Shown here piece after piece: positions 47,360-55,710 of a DNA stretch of 64,000 bases (position 1 is its first letter; every line of letters begins with the position of its first letter). The notes beneath the pieces are model-generated. The model saw nothing but the letters and a program-made list of their open reading frames with translations. It searched no databases and was not told the DNA's origin. Source of the stretch: an uncultured Lachnospiraceae bacterium. GTDB lineage: Bacteria; Bacillota; Clostridia; Lachnospirales; Lachnospiraceae. A program made the translations under genes and the position numbers. The DNA lies in NCBI GenBank assembly GCA_944383545.1, contig CALWPY010000003.1, positions 175,698 to 239,697 on the forward strand. The letters run 5' to 3'.

Positions 47360-49032
47360 TATTCCACTGACACTATATAATAATATATCGGCTGTCCGCC
47401 GTAATTTACTTCAATATCCAAATCAGGATAAGACTCTTCTACCTTCCTTTTTAATTTATCGGCATTTTCTTCGTTAACGTCAGAGCCATAATATATGCTT
47501 ATTAAGCCTGAATCTTCATCTGTCATTTCTTCTAAAAGATTAAGTGTAACATTTTCAATGTCGTCACCCACAGCCTTAATTCCTTCATCATCAATACCCA
47601 TAATATCACCGTTTTTTATGGAAAATCCGTCAACTGAAGTATCTCTTACGGCATATGTTACCTGTCCTGATTTAACTTCGCTCATAGCCTCAATCATGCT
47701 TTCCTTGTTGTTTTCAGGTGTATCTTCTGCTACAAATCCTATCATGGCACTGATTCCCTGAGGCACTGATTTTGTAGGAATTACAATTATATTTTTATCC
47801 TCCTCAATATCAGCCGCCTGATTGGCTGCAAGAATGATATTCTTATTATTAGGCATAATGAAGATATTTTTAGCATTAACTTTTTCTATAGCCTTCAGCA
47901 TATCCTCAGTACTTGGATTCATGGTCTGACCACCTTCTATAATATAGTCAACTCCGATATCCTTAAATATGGTATTTACTCCTTCACCTACAGAAACGGC
48001 AATAAATCCATAGTCTTTTAACGGAAGAGTCTCTGCTCCTGCCTTTATTCTGTCCTGCTCCATTATAACTCTCTCATTATGCTCTTCACGCATGTTGTCA
48101 ACCTTCATTCTTGTAAGAGAGCCATAGGTAAGGCCTTTTTCAAATGCAAGTCCCGGATGATTTGTATGGACATGTACTTTACATATTTCTTCATCAGCAA
48201 CAACTACCAGAGAGTCTCCTATAGATAAAAGATAATCCTTAAACTTCTGTTCTTCATAGTCTGACATTTCATTTTCAAGCATAATAATAAACTCTGTACA
48301 ATATCCAAATTTGATGTCAGCAGTAGAAATATTATCATTGCCGCTTCCGGTTGGTCCTTTTTTAATTTCAGGAATCCTTTTCATTTCGGCACCATCAGAA
48401 ATATTTTCTACTTCTTTTCCTAAAAGTCCTGCATAGATACCTTTTAATACTTCCATAAGACCCTGTCCGCCGGAATCCACCACGCCTGCCTCTTTAAGTA
48501 CGGGAAGAAGTTCAGGTGTATTGCTAAGCACCTCATCTCCGTATTCAATAACCGATTCGGCAAACTTTATTATATCATCCCCCTGTGCCGCTGACATTGC
48601 AGCCTGCTCTGCAATTCCTCTTGCAACAGTAAGAATTGTTCCTTCTTTTGGCTTCATTACGGCCTTATATGCTGTCTCCACTGCCCTTGAAAAACCACTT
48701 GCAATATCATCTACATTGAGAGTCGTCTTTCCTTTTATATCCTTGCAAAATCCTCTGAAAAGCTGTGATAAAATAACTCCCGAATTTCCTCTGGCACCTC
48801 TTAAGGAGCCTCCTGATATAGCCTTTGCCAAAGAATCAATGGTAGGATTTTCAATAGCCTTTACCTCAGCCGCAGCTGCCATTATGGTTAGCGACATATT
48901 TGTACCCGTATCTCCGTCAGGAACAGGGAATACATTAAGTTCATTTATATATTCTTTATTATTGTTTATGTTATAGGCTCCTGCAAGAAATATTTTCTGA
49001 AGCATTGCAGCATCTATAGTATTCATTGACAC
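47359..49032 (-). CDS. DAK2 domain-containing protein (YloV family)
   Basis: PDGDTGTNM DAK2 motif. The yloU-yloV-recG synteny is conserved. Confidence 0.85.
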   Translation of the reverse strand: MSMNTIDAAMLQKIFLAGAYNINNNKEYINELNVFPVPDGDTGTNMSLTIMAAAAEVKAIENPTIDSLAKAISGGSLRGARGNSGVILSQLFRGFCKDIKGKTTLNVDDIASGFSRAVETAYKAVMKPKEGTILTVARGIAEQAAMSAAQGDDIIKFAESVIEYGDEVLSNTPELLPVLKEAGVVDSGGQGLMEVLKGIYAGLLGKEVENISDGAEMKRIPEIKKGPTGSGNDNISTADIKFGYCTEFIIMLENEMSDYEEQKFKDYLLSIGDSLVVVADEEICKVHVHTNHPGLAFEKGLTYGSLTRMKVDNMREEHNERVIMEQDRIKAGAETLPLKDYGFIAVSVGEGVNTIFKDIGVDYIIEGGQTMNPSTEDMLKAIEKVNAKNIFIMPNNKNIILAANQAADIEEDKNIIVIPTKSVPQGISAMIGFVAEDTPENNKESMIEAMSEVKSGQVTYAVRDTSVDGFSIKNGDIMGIDDEGIKAVGDDIENVTLNLLEEMTDEDSGLISIYYGSDVNEENADKLKRKVEESYPDLDIEVNYGGQPIYYYIVSVE

Positions 49033-49049
49033 TTTATTTTCCTCCTTTG

Positions 49050-49409
49050 TCAGTCAATCACTCTTACGCCTTCAACATAAACATTGATGGCTTTTACGGT
49101 CATTCCTGTATAGTCTTCTACCTGATATTTAACTGTATTGATTAAATTAGCAGCTACTGTTGATATACTGACGCCGTAAGCTATAATTATATGAAAGTCT
49201 ATAATAAGCTCATTATTTTCATCGATGATTACATTTACGCCCTTGCTGACACTGTCTCCCTTAAGAAGCTTTGCCAGACCGTCCCTCATACTTATGGTTG
49301 CCATGCCCACTATACCAAAGCAGTCAAGTGCCGCATGTCCTGCATACTGCGCAACAACTTCATCTTCTATTGCAATGTTGCCATTTTCATTGCTCATATT
49401 TCCTCTCAT
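49050..49409 (-). CDS. Asp23/Gls24 family envelope-stress protein (YloU)
   Basis: 119 aa, with the yloU position upstream of the DAK2 gene and divergent from rpmB. Confidence 0.8.
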   Translation of the reverse strand: MRGNMSNENGNIAIEDEVVAQYAGHAALDCFGIVGMATISMRDGLAKLLKGDSVSKGVNVIIDENNELIIDFHIIIAYGVSISTVAANLINTVKYQVEDYTGMTVKAINVYVEGVRVID

Positions 49410-49519
49410 CTTACTCCTCCTATCCTTTTATATTTAATCGCGGTTATGTTAATTATAACCAATAATCAGGAAAAAAGAAATATATATTTTAATTATTCAA
49501 CAATTTTTTAAAATTATGC

Positions 49520-49548
49520 TTGCATTAGAAAAGTTTTTCTGATAGAAT
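49520..49548 (+). promoter_or_regulatory. Sigma-A-type promoter for rpmB
   Basis: TTGCAT (49520-49525), a 17-nt spacer, then TAGAAT (49543-49548). Confidence 0.6.
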
Positions 49549-49597
49549 GTCACTGTTGCAAACCTATCAGGTAATTTCGTTAAGAGGAGGTGCTGAA

Positions 49598-49783
49598 ATG
49601 GCAAAATGTAGTATTTGTGATAAAGGCGCTCATTTCGGTATAAAGGTGAGCCATTCTCATAGAAGATCAAACAGAATGTGGAAATCAAACATCAAATCAG
49701 TTAAGGCAATCGTTGACGGTGCTCCTAAGAAGATTTATGTTTGTACATCATGCCTGAAGTCAGGTAAGGTTGAAAGAGCTTAA
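49598..49783 (+). CDS. rpmB: 50S ribosomal protein L28
   Basis: MAKCSICDKGAHFGIKVSHSHRRSNRMWKSN... Start at the ATG at 49598 with an AGAGGAGG SD. The track ORF starts 51 nt too early. Confidence 0.95.
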   Translation: MAKCSICDKGAHFGIKVSHSHRRSNRMWKSNIKSVKAIVDGAPKKIYVCTSCLKSGKVERA

Positions 49784-49800
49784 GTGAAATTAAGTAAAAA

Positions 49801-49833
49801 ATAAGAGGCTGCAATTCAAAATGCGGCCTCTTA
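49801..49833. terminator. Bidirectional terminator between rpmB and murI
   Basis: ATAAGAGGC..GC / GC..GCCTCTTAT stem, followed by a T-run. Confidence 0.75.
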
Positions 49834-49847
49834 TTTTTATGTAATTC

Positions 49848-50615
49848 TTACATTTTGAAAAGATATGCAGACAGGCTCACTTTATCTTCCAAGCTGTTTT
49901 TAAATACTATTTTCCCTTTTCTGTCTGCATCCTGTAAAAGATTTTTTTCGGCTAATCTGCGCTTCAGTTCTTTTGCCGTGCCTTCGCCACCGTCAAAAAG
50001 TTTTACGTTTTCACCGGCCGCCTTCTGGATTATACCTCTTATAAGAGGATAATGGGTGCATCCGAGTACCACTGAATCAAAACCTTTTTCCCTGTATGGT
50101 AAAAAAATTTCATGGAGGTAATCCTTTACATCCTCTCCGTCCAAGTCGCCTTCTTCAATAAATTCCACAAGACCCGGACATGGTACGGGGATAATATCCG
50201 CCATATGTTCATAACTTTTCATAAGTCTGTTAAATTTTTCTAAGCTGAGCGTCATTGGTGTTGCCATGACGAGTATGGTTGAGTTTTCTTTATAATATAC
50301 AGCAGGCTTTATGGCAGGCTCTATTCCTATCACGGGCATGTCCTTATATTTTTCGCGCAAAACCCTTACTGCTGCACTGGTTGCAGTATTACATGCAATA
50401 ACTACTGCCTTAACTCCCTCTTTCACCAAATAATCTATATGGCTTATAGTCAGCTCCCTAACTTCTTCAAGAGTTTTTGTTCCATACGGAGCATGCTTAG
50501 AATCACCATAATATATGTAATCTTCACAGGGCATAAGATTTACTGCTTCTCTTAATACACTTATACCGCCCATACCGGAATCAAACACCGCCACAGGCAT
50601 CTCTTTTTTGTCCAT
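49848..50615 (-). CDS. murI: Glutamate racemase
   Basis: VFDSGMGGISVL plus the catalytic Cys contexts IACNTAT and LGCTHYP. Confidence 0.95.
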   Translation of the reverse strand: MDKKEMPVAVFDSGMGGISVLREAVNLMPCEDYIYYGDSKHAPYGTKTLEEVRELTISHIDYLVKEGVKAVVIACNTATSAAVRVLREKYKDMPVIGIEPAIKPAVYYKENSTILVMATPMTLSLEKFNRLMKSYEHMADIIPVPCPGLVEFIEEGDLDGEDVKDYLHEIFLPYREKGFDSVVLGCTHYPLIRGIIQKAAGENVKLFDGGEGTAKELKRRLAEKNLLQDADRKGKIVFKNSLEDKVSLSAYLFKM

Positions 50616-50707
50616 AATTAACGCTCCAAATGTTTATGCGGCATATAACCGCACATAATTTATGCTTATATGGATATAGCTGATAAAATCGCCTGCATAT
50701 TGTAAAT

Positions 50708-50842
50708 TCACCTGCAAAGGGTACAATATGCGCATAGAAGCAGAATAATAATTAAAAGGAATTCACAGAAGCCTTCAACAGCATATGAAATTAAGATACC
50801 TACTGCAATAAAAAATGCAGCAAATCCAAACAGACATTTCAT
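50708..50842 (-). CDS. Possible unannotated 44-codon hydrophobic peptide
   Basis: My translation reads MKCLFGFAAFFIAVGILISYAVEGFCEFLLIIILLLCAYCTLCR. It has two hydrophobic segments and 5 Cys. It is too short for the ORF track. No clear SD, so this is weak. Confidence 0.2.
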   Translation of the reverse strand: MKCLFGFAAFFIAVGILISYAVEGFCEFLLIIILLLCAYCTLCR

Positions 50843-50929
50843 AATGTATACCGGCTGTATTTCTTATAAAATTATATGCTTCAAATTTCAGATTATACTA
50901 ACTATATGGAATATAAGCATAAGTAAAAA

Positions 50930-51343
50930 TTATATTTCTTCTTCCTTAAGTTCACTTATGGCCTCATCAACGGCATCCTTTTCAGCGCTTTTTTCATCCT
51001 TTTTAAAGAATGTAGCTGCTTTATCAACCACTTCAGGTATCATATCCAGAACTTTACTTATTGTATCCTGTTCCTTAACACTTACCATTTTTGCATATCC
51101 GTTCTGAATTACAAGTACGGCTGAAGGTGACATCTTTCCTCCCATACCGCCGCCCGCATTATTTGAGCCGTTTGTCTTTCCCATTGCACCTGCCGCCACG
51201 CCAAAGTTTACATCTACCAAAGGTACAATTATGGTATCTCCTATTTTTGTAGGCTCACCAACTACCGTTTTTGTAGATAAAAATGAGTCCATACCCTTGA
51301 ATAAAGCTCCCACAGTCTGATTAAAATCATTTCCGTTTGCCAT
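50930..51343 (-). CDS. ytfJ: GerW/YtfJ-family sporulation protein
   Basis: VVGEPTKIGDTIIVPLVDVNFGVAAGA followed by a Gly-rich loop, typical of YtfJ. Confidence 0.8.
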   Translation of the reverse strand: MANGNDFNQTVGALFKGMDSFLSTKTVVGEPTKIGDTIIVPLVDVNFGVAAGAMGKTNGSNNAGGGMGGKMSPSAVLVIQNGYAKMVSVKEQDTISKVLDMIPEVVDKAATFFKKDEKSAEKDAVDEAISELKEEEI

Positions 51344-51355
51344 TAAAATTACCTC

Positions 51356-52213
51356 CTATATCTTTTCTGCCAGTTTCTTGGCTCTCCAAAAATCCTTTCT
51401 TAATACAACTGATAAAACCGCCATTATAATCGATCCGATTTTTATTCTTCCCTTTATTTTTATAAATCCTTCCAAAATTTTCTGATGAAAATCAGGCACA
51501 AGACTTATCTTCTGATAATAAAGAGGCATAAACAGGCTGAAATATCCTGTCGCCTTTCCCGTATTAGCAGGTGAATTAAATCCATAAACAATTTCACCCT
51601 TTATCTTTGTAGGCTTAACTGACCTGATTATCCTTTTTAAAGCCCTTTTTAAAATCTGTATGGTATGCTTTGTATAAGGCTTGTCCAGAAATTTCCTCAC
51701 ATGGTCCACCTTAGTTGATATAACATTTATATTTGCCTTTATTTTATCAAAAACGGATATTTTTTCTCTCTTTTGTTTCCCTGTCGTTTTTTCCTTTTTT
51801 CCCGTATCAGTATCATAAACTGCCGTAGTCGCTTCATTTTTTTCTTCATGTGTTTCTTCATGGATAATATCGGTTTTTATATCATCTTCTGCATCAAAAT
51901 TAAGTTTTTCTGCTTCCTTATCTGATTTTTTTACAGCCTTTTTAACCGGATGTCTGTCATCATTTGTTTTCAGTGTTTTTCCAAAGATTTTAACTCTGTA
52001 ATACAAATCATCCTGATACTTATTATCGGCAGTTACACTGATAAAAATCCACCGTATTTTTGCTGAAAAGCATTTTTTTTCATAAAAACTTCCTTCAAAT
52101 CCATATCTCACAGGCACAAAACATACCATTAAGACAATAAGAAGTACTATCCCCAGTAAAATCAATACTATCCATAATAAAATTTTAAGTACAGTAAGTA
52201 ATATCCCCAACAT
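51356..52213 (-). CDS. YtfI-like (DUF2953-type) membrane-anchored sporulation protein
   Basis: N-terminal TM helix. It lies immediately upstream of ytfJ, as in the Bacillus ytfI-ytfJ pair. It has a Lys/Glu-rich middle region. Confidence 0.5.
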   Translation of the reverse strand: MLGILLTVLKILLWIVLILLGIVLLIVLMVCFVPVRYGFEGSFYEKKCFSAKIRWIFISVTADNKYQDDLYYRVKIFGKTLKTNDDRHPVKKAVKKSDKEAEKLNFDAEDDIKTDIIHEETHEEKNEATTAVYDTDTGKKEKTTGKQKREKISVFDKIKANINVISTKVDHVRKFLDKPYTKHTIQILKRALKRIIRSVKPTKIKGEIVYGFNSPANTGKATGYFSLFMPLYYQKISLVPDFHQKILEGFIKIKGRIKIGSIIMAVLSVVLRKDFWRAKKLAEKI

Positions 52214-52231
52214 CAGACCACCATCTTAAAT

Positions 52232-52570
52232 TTAAAGCTTCTGTGAAGTCACTGACTTAATAGCATCCCTTATGTTAAAACCATCCGTGTTTTTATAAAC
52301 CTCATATACTATGTCAGCAGCAAGACTTTTTGCGCCTTCTTTTGAATCAGAAATTCCTATGACGCAAATGTCGTTTTCTTTATCAAGCTTCCTGTAAAAA
52401 TCCTGTGTAAGCTCATTAAAATCATATATTTCAAGAAGCCCGTCATTAAAAATCGGAAATGTTATGACAAAAATACCTCGTGCAGGCTTGTATCTTTTAA
52501 TCTTTCTTATTTTTTTTGAAAGACTTCTTTCACTATATATGTCATTATAGACATTTTCAATAACCGTCAT
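52232..52570 (-). CDS. Hypothetical protein (112 aa)
   Basis: Long uninterrupted ORF, tightly spaced in an operon. No recognisable motif. Confidence 0.6.
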   Translation of the reverse strand: MTVIENVYNDIYSERSLSKKIRKIKRYKPARGIFVITFPIFNDGLLEIYDFNELTQDFYRKLDKENDICVIGISDSKEGAKSLAADIVYEVYKNTDGFNIRDAIKSVTSQKL

Positions 52571-52599
52571 AACAAACGCCCCTGTTCTTATCTGATTTT

Positions 52600-54009
52600 C
52601 TATTCTTCCGAAATAATATCCTCAATTATTCCTGCACATGCCGTAAGCTCGCTGTCATCACCGCATCTTGAAAGGGAGTATTCAAAATAATCCCTGATTT
52701 CCGCCTGTGAATTAAAGAAAACAGGTATCTGTGATAATACCTTTGCCATTATGCTTCTTTTTTCAAATCTTCCGACTTCTTTAAATACTTCGTCAAATTC
52801 AGAAATAAGCTTTTCCTTTAAAGCTTTTATATATTCTGAATCAGCAGTTTCTTCACCGGTTAAATTATCATTATCAATATTCATGAAAAGACTGGACGAT
52901 AAAAGCAGGTCCGCCGCCCTTAACTTTTTGGCAGTATCATATAAATCCATATCTTTTAATTCGGATTTATAAATGTCAACAATCTCCTCCAGCTCTTTTT
53001 CAAGGTCTACAACATCCTCGTATGCATCTTCCTGGGCACCCTCAAGAGACATAAATAAGTCATCAAAATCCTCTGAAGCCTTATATATATCATCAGCTGA
53101 TATAATCTTATCCAAAATAATTACCGCAGAATCATATGCATTGCCCATATGTTCCATGTCGGCAGTATTTTTGGTAAACAAAACAACAAGGACATCATTT
53201 ATTACTTCCTGAAGCATAAGATAATCAGTTACTCTTTCATTTATAAAATCCGATGCTTCCCTTAACTCTGTATTAAGGAACTCGTATTGTACGGAGCCTA
53301 AGTTTTTGTAATCCGTATCCTTTAAATTCTGATACGTTTCATAAAGATTTTCATATTCGCTTTCAAATTTTTCGGGAGTTCTGAGAAGTGCCGCATCCTC
53401 AATCATTTCAACAAAATCATCTGCAGAACTTTTGTCACTTCCTTTATATAATGAAAGTGTGGCGGAAAGAATATCATAAAATCTTCCCTTAGTCATTCTC
53501 ACTGGAAGCTGGGCAACAAGACTCTGAATCTTGCTGTTTATAATAACCTTGTCCTTATCTGAAAATACATATCCGAACATCATATCAGCAAGCATGTCCG
53601 TATCTATAAATTCTTCAACAGTACCTTTTACCTCTGCCTCTCTTCTGTTCAGAATATATTCATATATTTCAAGCGCATCAGTATAGGAAGTAAGAATTTT
53701 CATCTTTTCCGTAACGGTATCCCTTATGGATTTTACCTCATTTATCATGGATTCATTTATTTCCTGTTTTTCTGCCACAGTATTTTTAAGCACCTCTGAA
53801 ACCCTGTCAAAATATGCTTTTACATCTTTACCTTTTTCTTCGTTTGCGTCTTCAATCATTTCTTCCATCGTAAAATAATTCATGGAAAGCTTTATAACTG
53901 AATACTTAAGCAGTGCAGTAGAAAGCAGTTTAAAATACTCCTTAAGGTTATTTTCCACATTTCTCTTTTCTTTTAATTCCCCGATTACTATTTTGTTAAT
54001 TCGTTTCAT
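52600..54009 (-). CDS. Hypothetical acidic, predicted all-helical protein (469 aa)
   Basis: Long uninterrupted ORF, tightly spaced in an operon. It is rich in D, E and K. No recognisable motif. Confidence 0.65.
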   Translation of the reverse strand: MKRINKIVIGELKEKRNVENNLKEYFKLLSTALLKYSVIKLSMNYFTMEEMIEDANEEKGKDVKAYFDRVSEVLKNTVAEKQEINESMINEVKSIRDTVTEKMKILTSYTDALEIYEYILNRREAEVKGTVEEFIDTDMLADMMFGYVFSDKDKVIINSKIQSLVAQLPVRMTKGRFYDILSATLSLYKGSDKSSADDFVEMIEDAALLRTPEKFESEYENLYETYQNLKDTDYKNLGSVQYEFLNTELREASDFINERVTDYLMLQEVINDVLVVLFTKNTADMEHMGNAYDSAVIILDKIISADDIYKASEDFDDLFMSLEGAQEDAYEDVVDLEKELEEIVDIYKSELKDMDLYDTAKKLRAADLLLSSSLFMNIDNDNLTGEETADSEYIKALKEKLISEFDEVFKEVGRFEKRSIMAKVLSQIPVFFNSQAEIRDYFEYSLSRCGDDSELTACAGIIEDIISEE

Positions 54010-54037
54010 CCCTATACCATTCTTTCAATAATATTTG

Positions 54038-54997
54038 TTATTTTACATGCTCATGAGTAAACAGATGTTCATTACAATACTCATAATTGCCATTGCATTT
54101 TGAACAAAATCTGAATTCCAGCTCATCTGAATCATTTTCAGTTCTTCCGCAGATAGCACATTTATGTCTGGTAATTCCGTTGTAATTTATTTTCTTTGCC
54201 CTTCCCGGATCTTCAACCTCTCCTCTTAATACAGTGTTTTCGGAGCGATTTGCGGTATTTCCTCTTCGTACGCGTCTTTTGTAATCATACTGCCTTTTCT
54301 TTTGCTTAAAAGACATCCTTGACCTTCTGTAATTAATTATATAGAAGATAAAGAAATTCATTACGCACATTACGATTACTATCCTGTTAAATATATCTCC
54401 TACAACAAATTCATATGCCAGATATATGAGGTCTATATATGCAAGCCACTTTATCTTTATAGGAATTATAAAATATAAAAGCACTCTGGTTTCCGCATAA
54501 ATTGCAGCAAATGCAAGAAACATTGACATTACAAGAAAATAAGTTACATTAGTACTTACATATAATCCATTTACTATCCTTAAAGCATATTCATCAGCAC
54601 TGATACTGTCAATGCCTACATTATAATATATAAGAGAAGCAATAAGAACTCCTACAGTTATAAAAAACATGCCGCCGAAAATATACAGGTTGTACATGAA
54701 TTTTCCCCATGTCATCTCCAGTTGTCTTCCGATTGAATAATAGAAAAAAAGCATTATTAAAGTAAAGATGTTAAACGAGGAGGGCGTTGTAAATATCCAT
54801 GTAAAAAGCCTCCACCACTCACCTGATTTCACAACATTATAGGGAATAAGCAACAGTTTTTCATATACATCAGGAGCTAAAATCTGAAGAATATACCCGA
54901 TTACAAAGCAGCATATGATTACCATAGTAAGATTGGGTACTGCATATTTTCCAAGCTTTCTTTCCATTTTGTTCAAAAATTTCATTAAACATAACAT
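54038..54997 (-). CDS. Rhomboid-like polytopic membrane protein lacking the catalytic Ser/His, with a C-terminal Cys/His zinc-ribbon-like tail
   Basis: Rhomboid-type GEWWRLFTWIFT and GRQLEMTWG motifs are present. FGGMFF occupies the place of GxSG. The membrane part contains no His. The tail reads HKCAICG...FCSKCNGNYEYCNEHLFTHEH. The exact start is ambiguous (M1, M5 or M11). Confidence 0.55.
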   Translation of the reverse strand: MLCLMKFLNKMERKLGKYAVPNLTMVIICCFVIGYILQILAPDVYEKLLLIPYNVVKSGEWWRLFTWIFTTPSSFNIFTLIMLFFYYSIGRQLEMTWGKFMYNLYIFGGMFFITVGVLIASLIYYNVGIDSISADEYALRIVNGLYVSTNVTYFLVMSMFLAFAAIYAETRVLLYFIIPIKIKWLAYIDLIYLAYEFVVGDIFNRIVIVMCVMNFFIFYIINYRRSRMSFKQKKRQYDYKRRVRRGNTANRSENTVLRGEVEDPGRAKKINYNGITRHKCAICGRTENDSDELEFRFCSKCNGNYEYCNEHLFTHEHVK

Positions 54998-55145
54998 CCT
55001 TTATTATACATATTTTGTTCCAGTCACTTAAAACACATTATATATTAAGGAATTAAAAATAACAACCTTTGTTTTCATGTATGATATAAGTTTTTGTGAG
55101 GGGATATTTACTGATACAGACTCCTTCCTCATAAATCCTTAGAAA

Positions 55146-55178
55146 AGCAGGATTTTGTTCATAAACAAAACCCTGCTT
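55146..55178 (-). terminator. Intrinsic terminator downstream of the LysM gene
   Basis: AGCAGGATTTTGTT / AACAAAACCCTGCT stem of 14 bp with one mismatch. Confidence 0.7.
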
Positions 55179-55182
55179 TATC

Positions 55183-55551
55183 TCAGTCTTCCGGAGGTAT
55201 ACGGAGTACCATTCCCACCGGTACCCTGATATCCATCAGTTCCCTGTTATATTCAAACATCCTGCTGATACTTGTATTCATATCCTTTGCAACATCTCCT
55301 ATTGTCTGGTTTCCTTTTACCATATAATAGTCTCTCATCGTATCGTCTACCGTAGGTATACAGATTTCGTCTCCGATTCTCAAATTATATACATTAAGAT
55401 ACGGATTCTCACGCATTATGTCAATTAACTTTACACCATATCTTCTTGACAGTTTATACAGGGTATCGCCTGCTTCTATCTTATGAACTATTCCGTTACA
55501 TTCACCATTCATATAAAAATATCCTTTTTTCATTATTATATGCATAAACAT
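55183..55551 (-). CDS. Protein with two LysM domains
   Basis: LysM 1 is HKIEAGDTLYKLSRRYGVKLIDIMRENP...IGDEICIP. LysM 2 is YMVKGNQTIGDVAKDMNTSISRMFEYNR...GMVLRIP. The true start may be the ATG at 55512 (MNGECNG...). Confidence 0.8.
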   Translation of the reverse strand: MFMHIIMKKGYFYMNGECNGIVHKIEAGDTLYKLSRRYGVKLIDIMRENPYLNVYNLRIGDEICIPTVDDTMRDYYMVKGNQTIGDVAKDMNTSISRMFEYNRELMDIRVPVGMVLRIPPED

Positions 55552-55592
55552 AAAATAGGTTTATTTTCCAATATCAAATTTACTTAATGTAC

Positions 55593-55621
55593 TTGTATCT
55601 TTTAAAATGTTGAATTATAAT
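55593..55621 (+). promoter_or_regulatory. Sigma-A-type promoter for the 1406-aa gene
   Basis: TTGTAT (55593-55598), a 17-nt spacer, then TATAAT (55616-55621). Confidence 0.55.
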
Positions 55622-55710
55622 AGCATTTGTCGAACAATACCCTACGAAATTTGTCGGAAATATCGGAGGGATTTACATTATAAAGGAGGTACGGTTTATT
55701 CCGTTATCAT

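Noticed and set aside
50844-51107. 87-aa plus-strand ORF partly overlapping ytfJ.
   Set aside because: It is antisense to the conserved ytfJ C-terminus. It has a low-complexity S/I/L translation and no SD.
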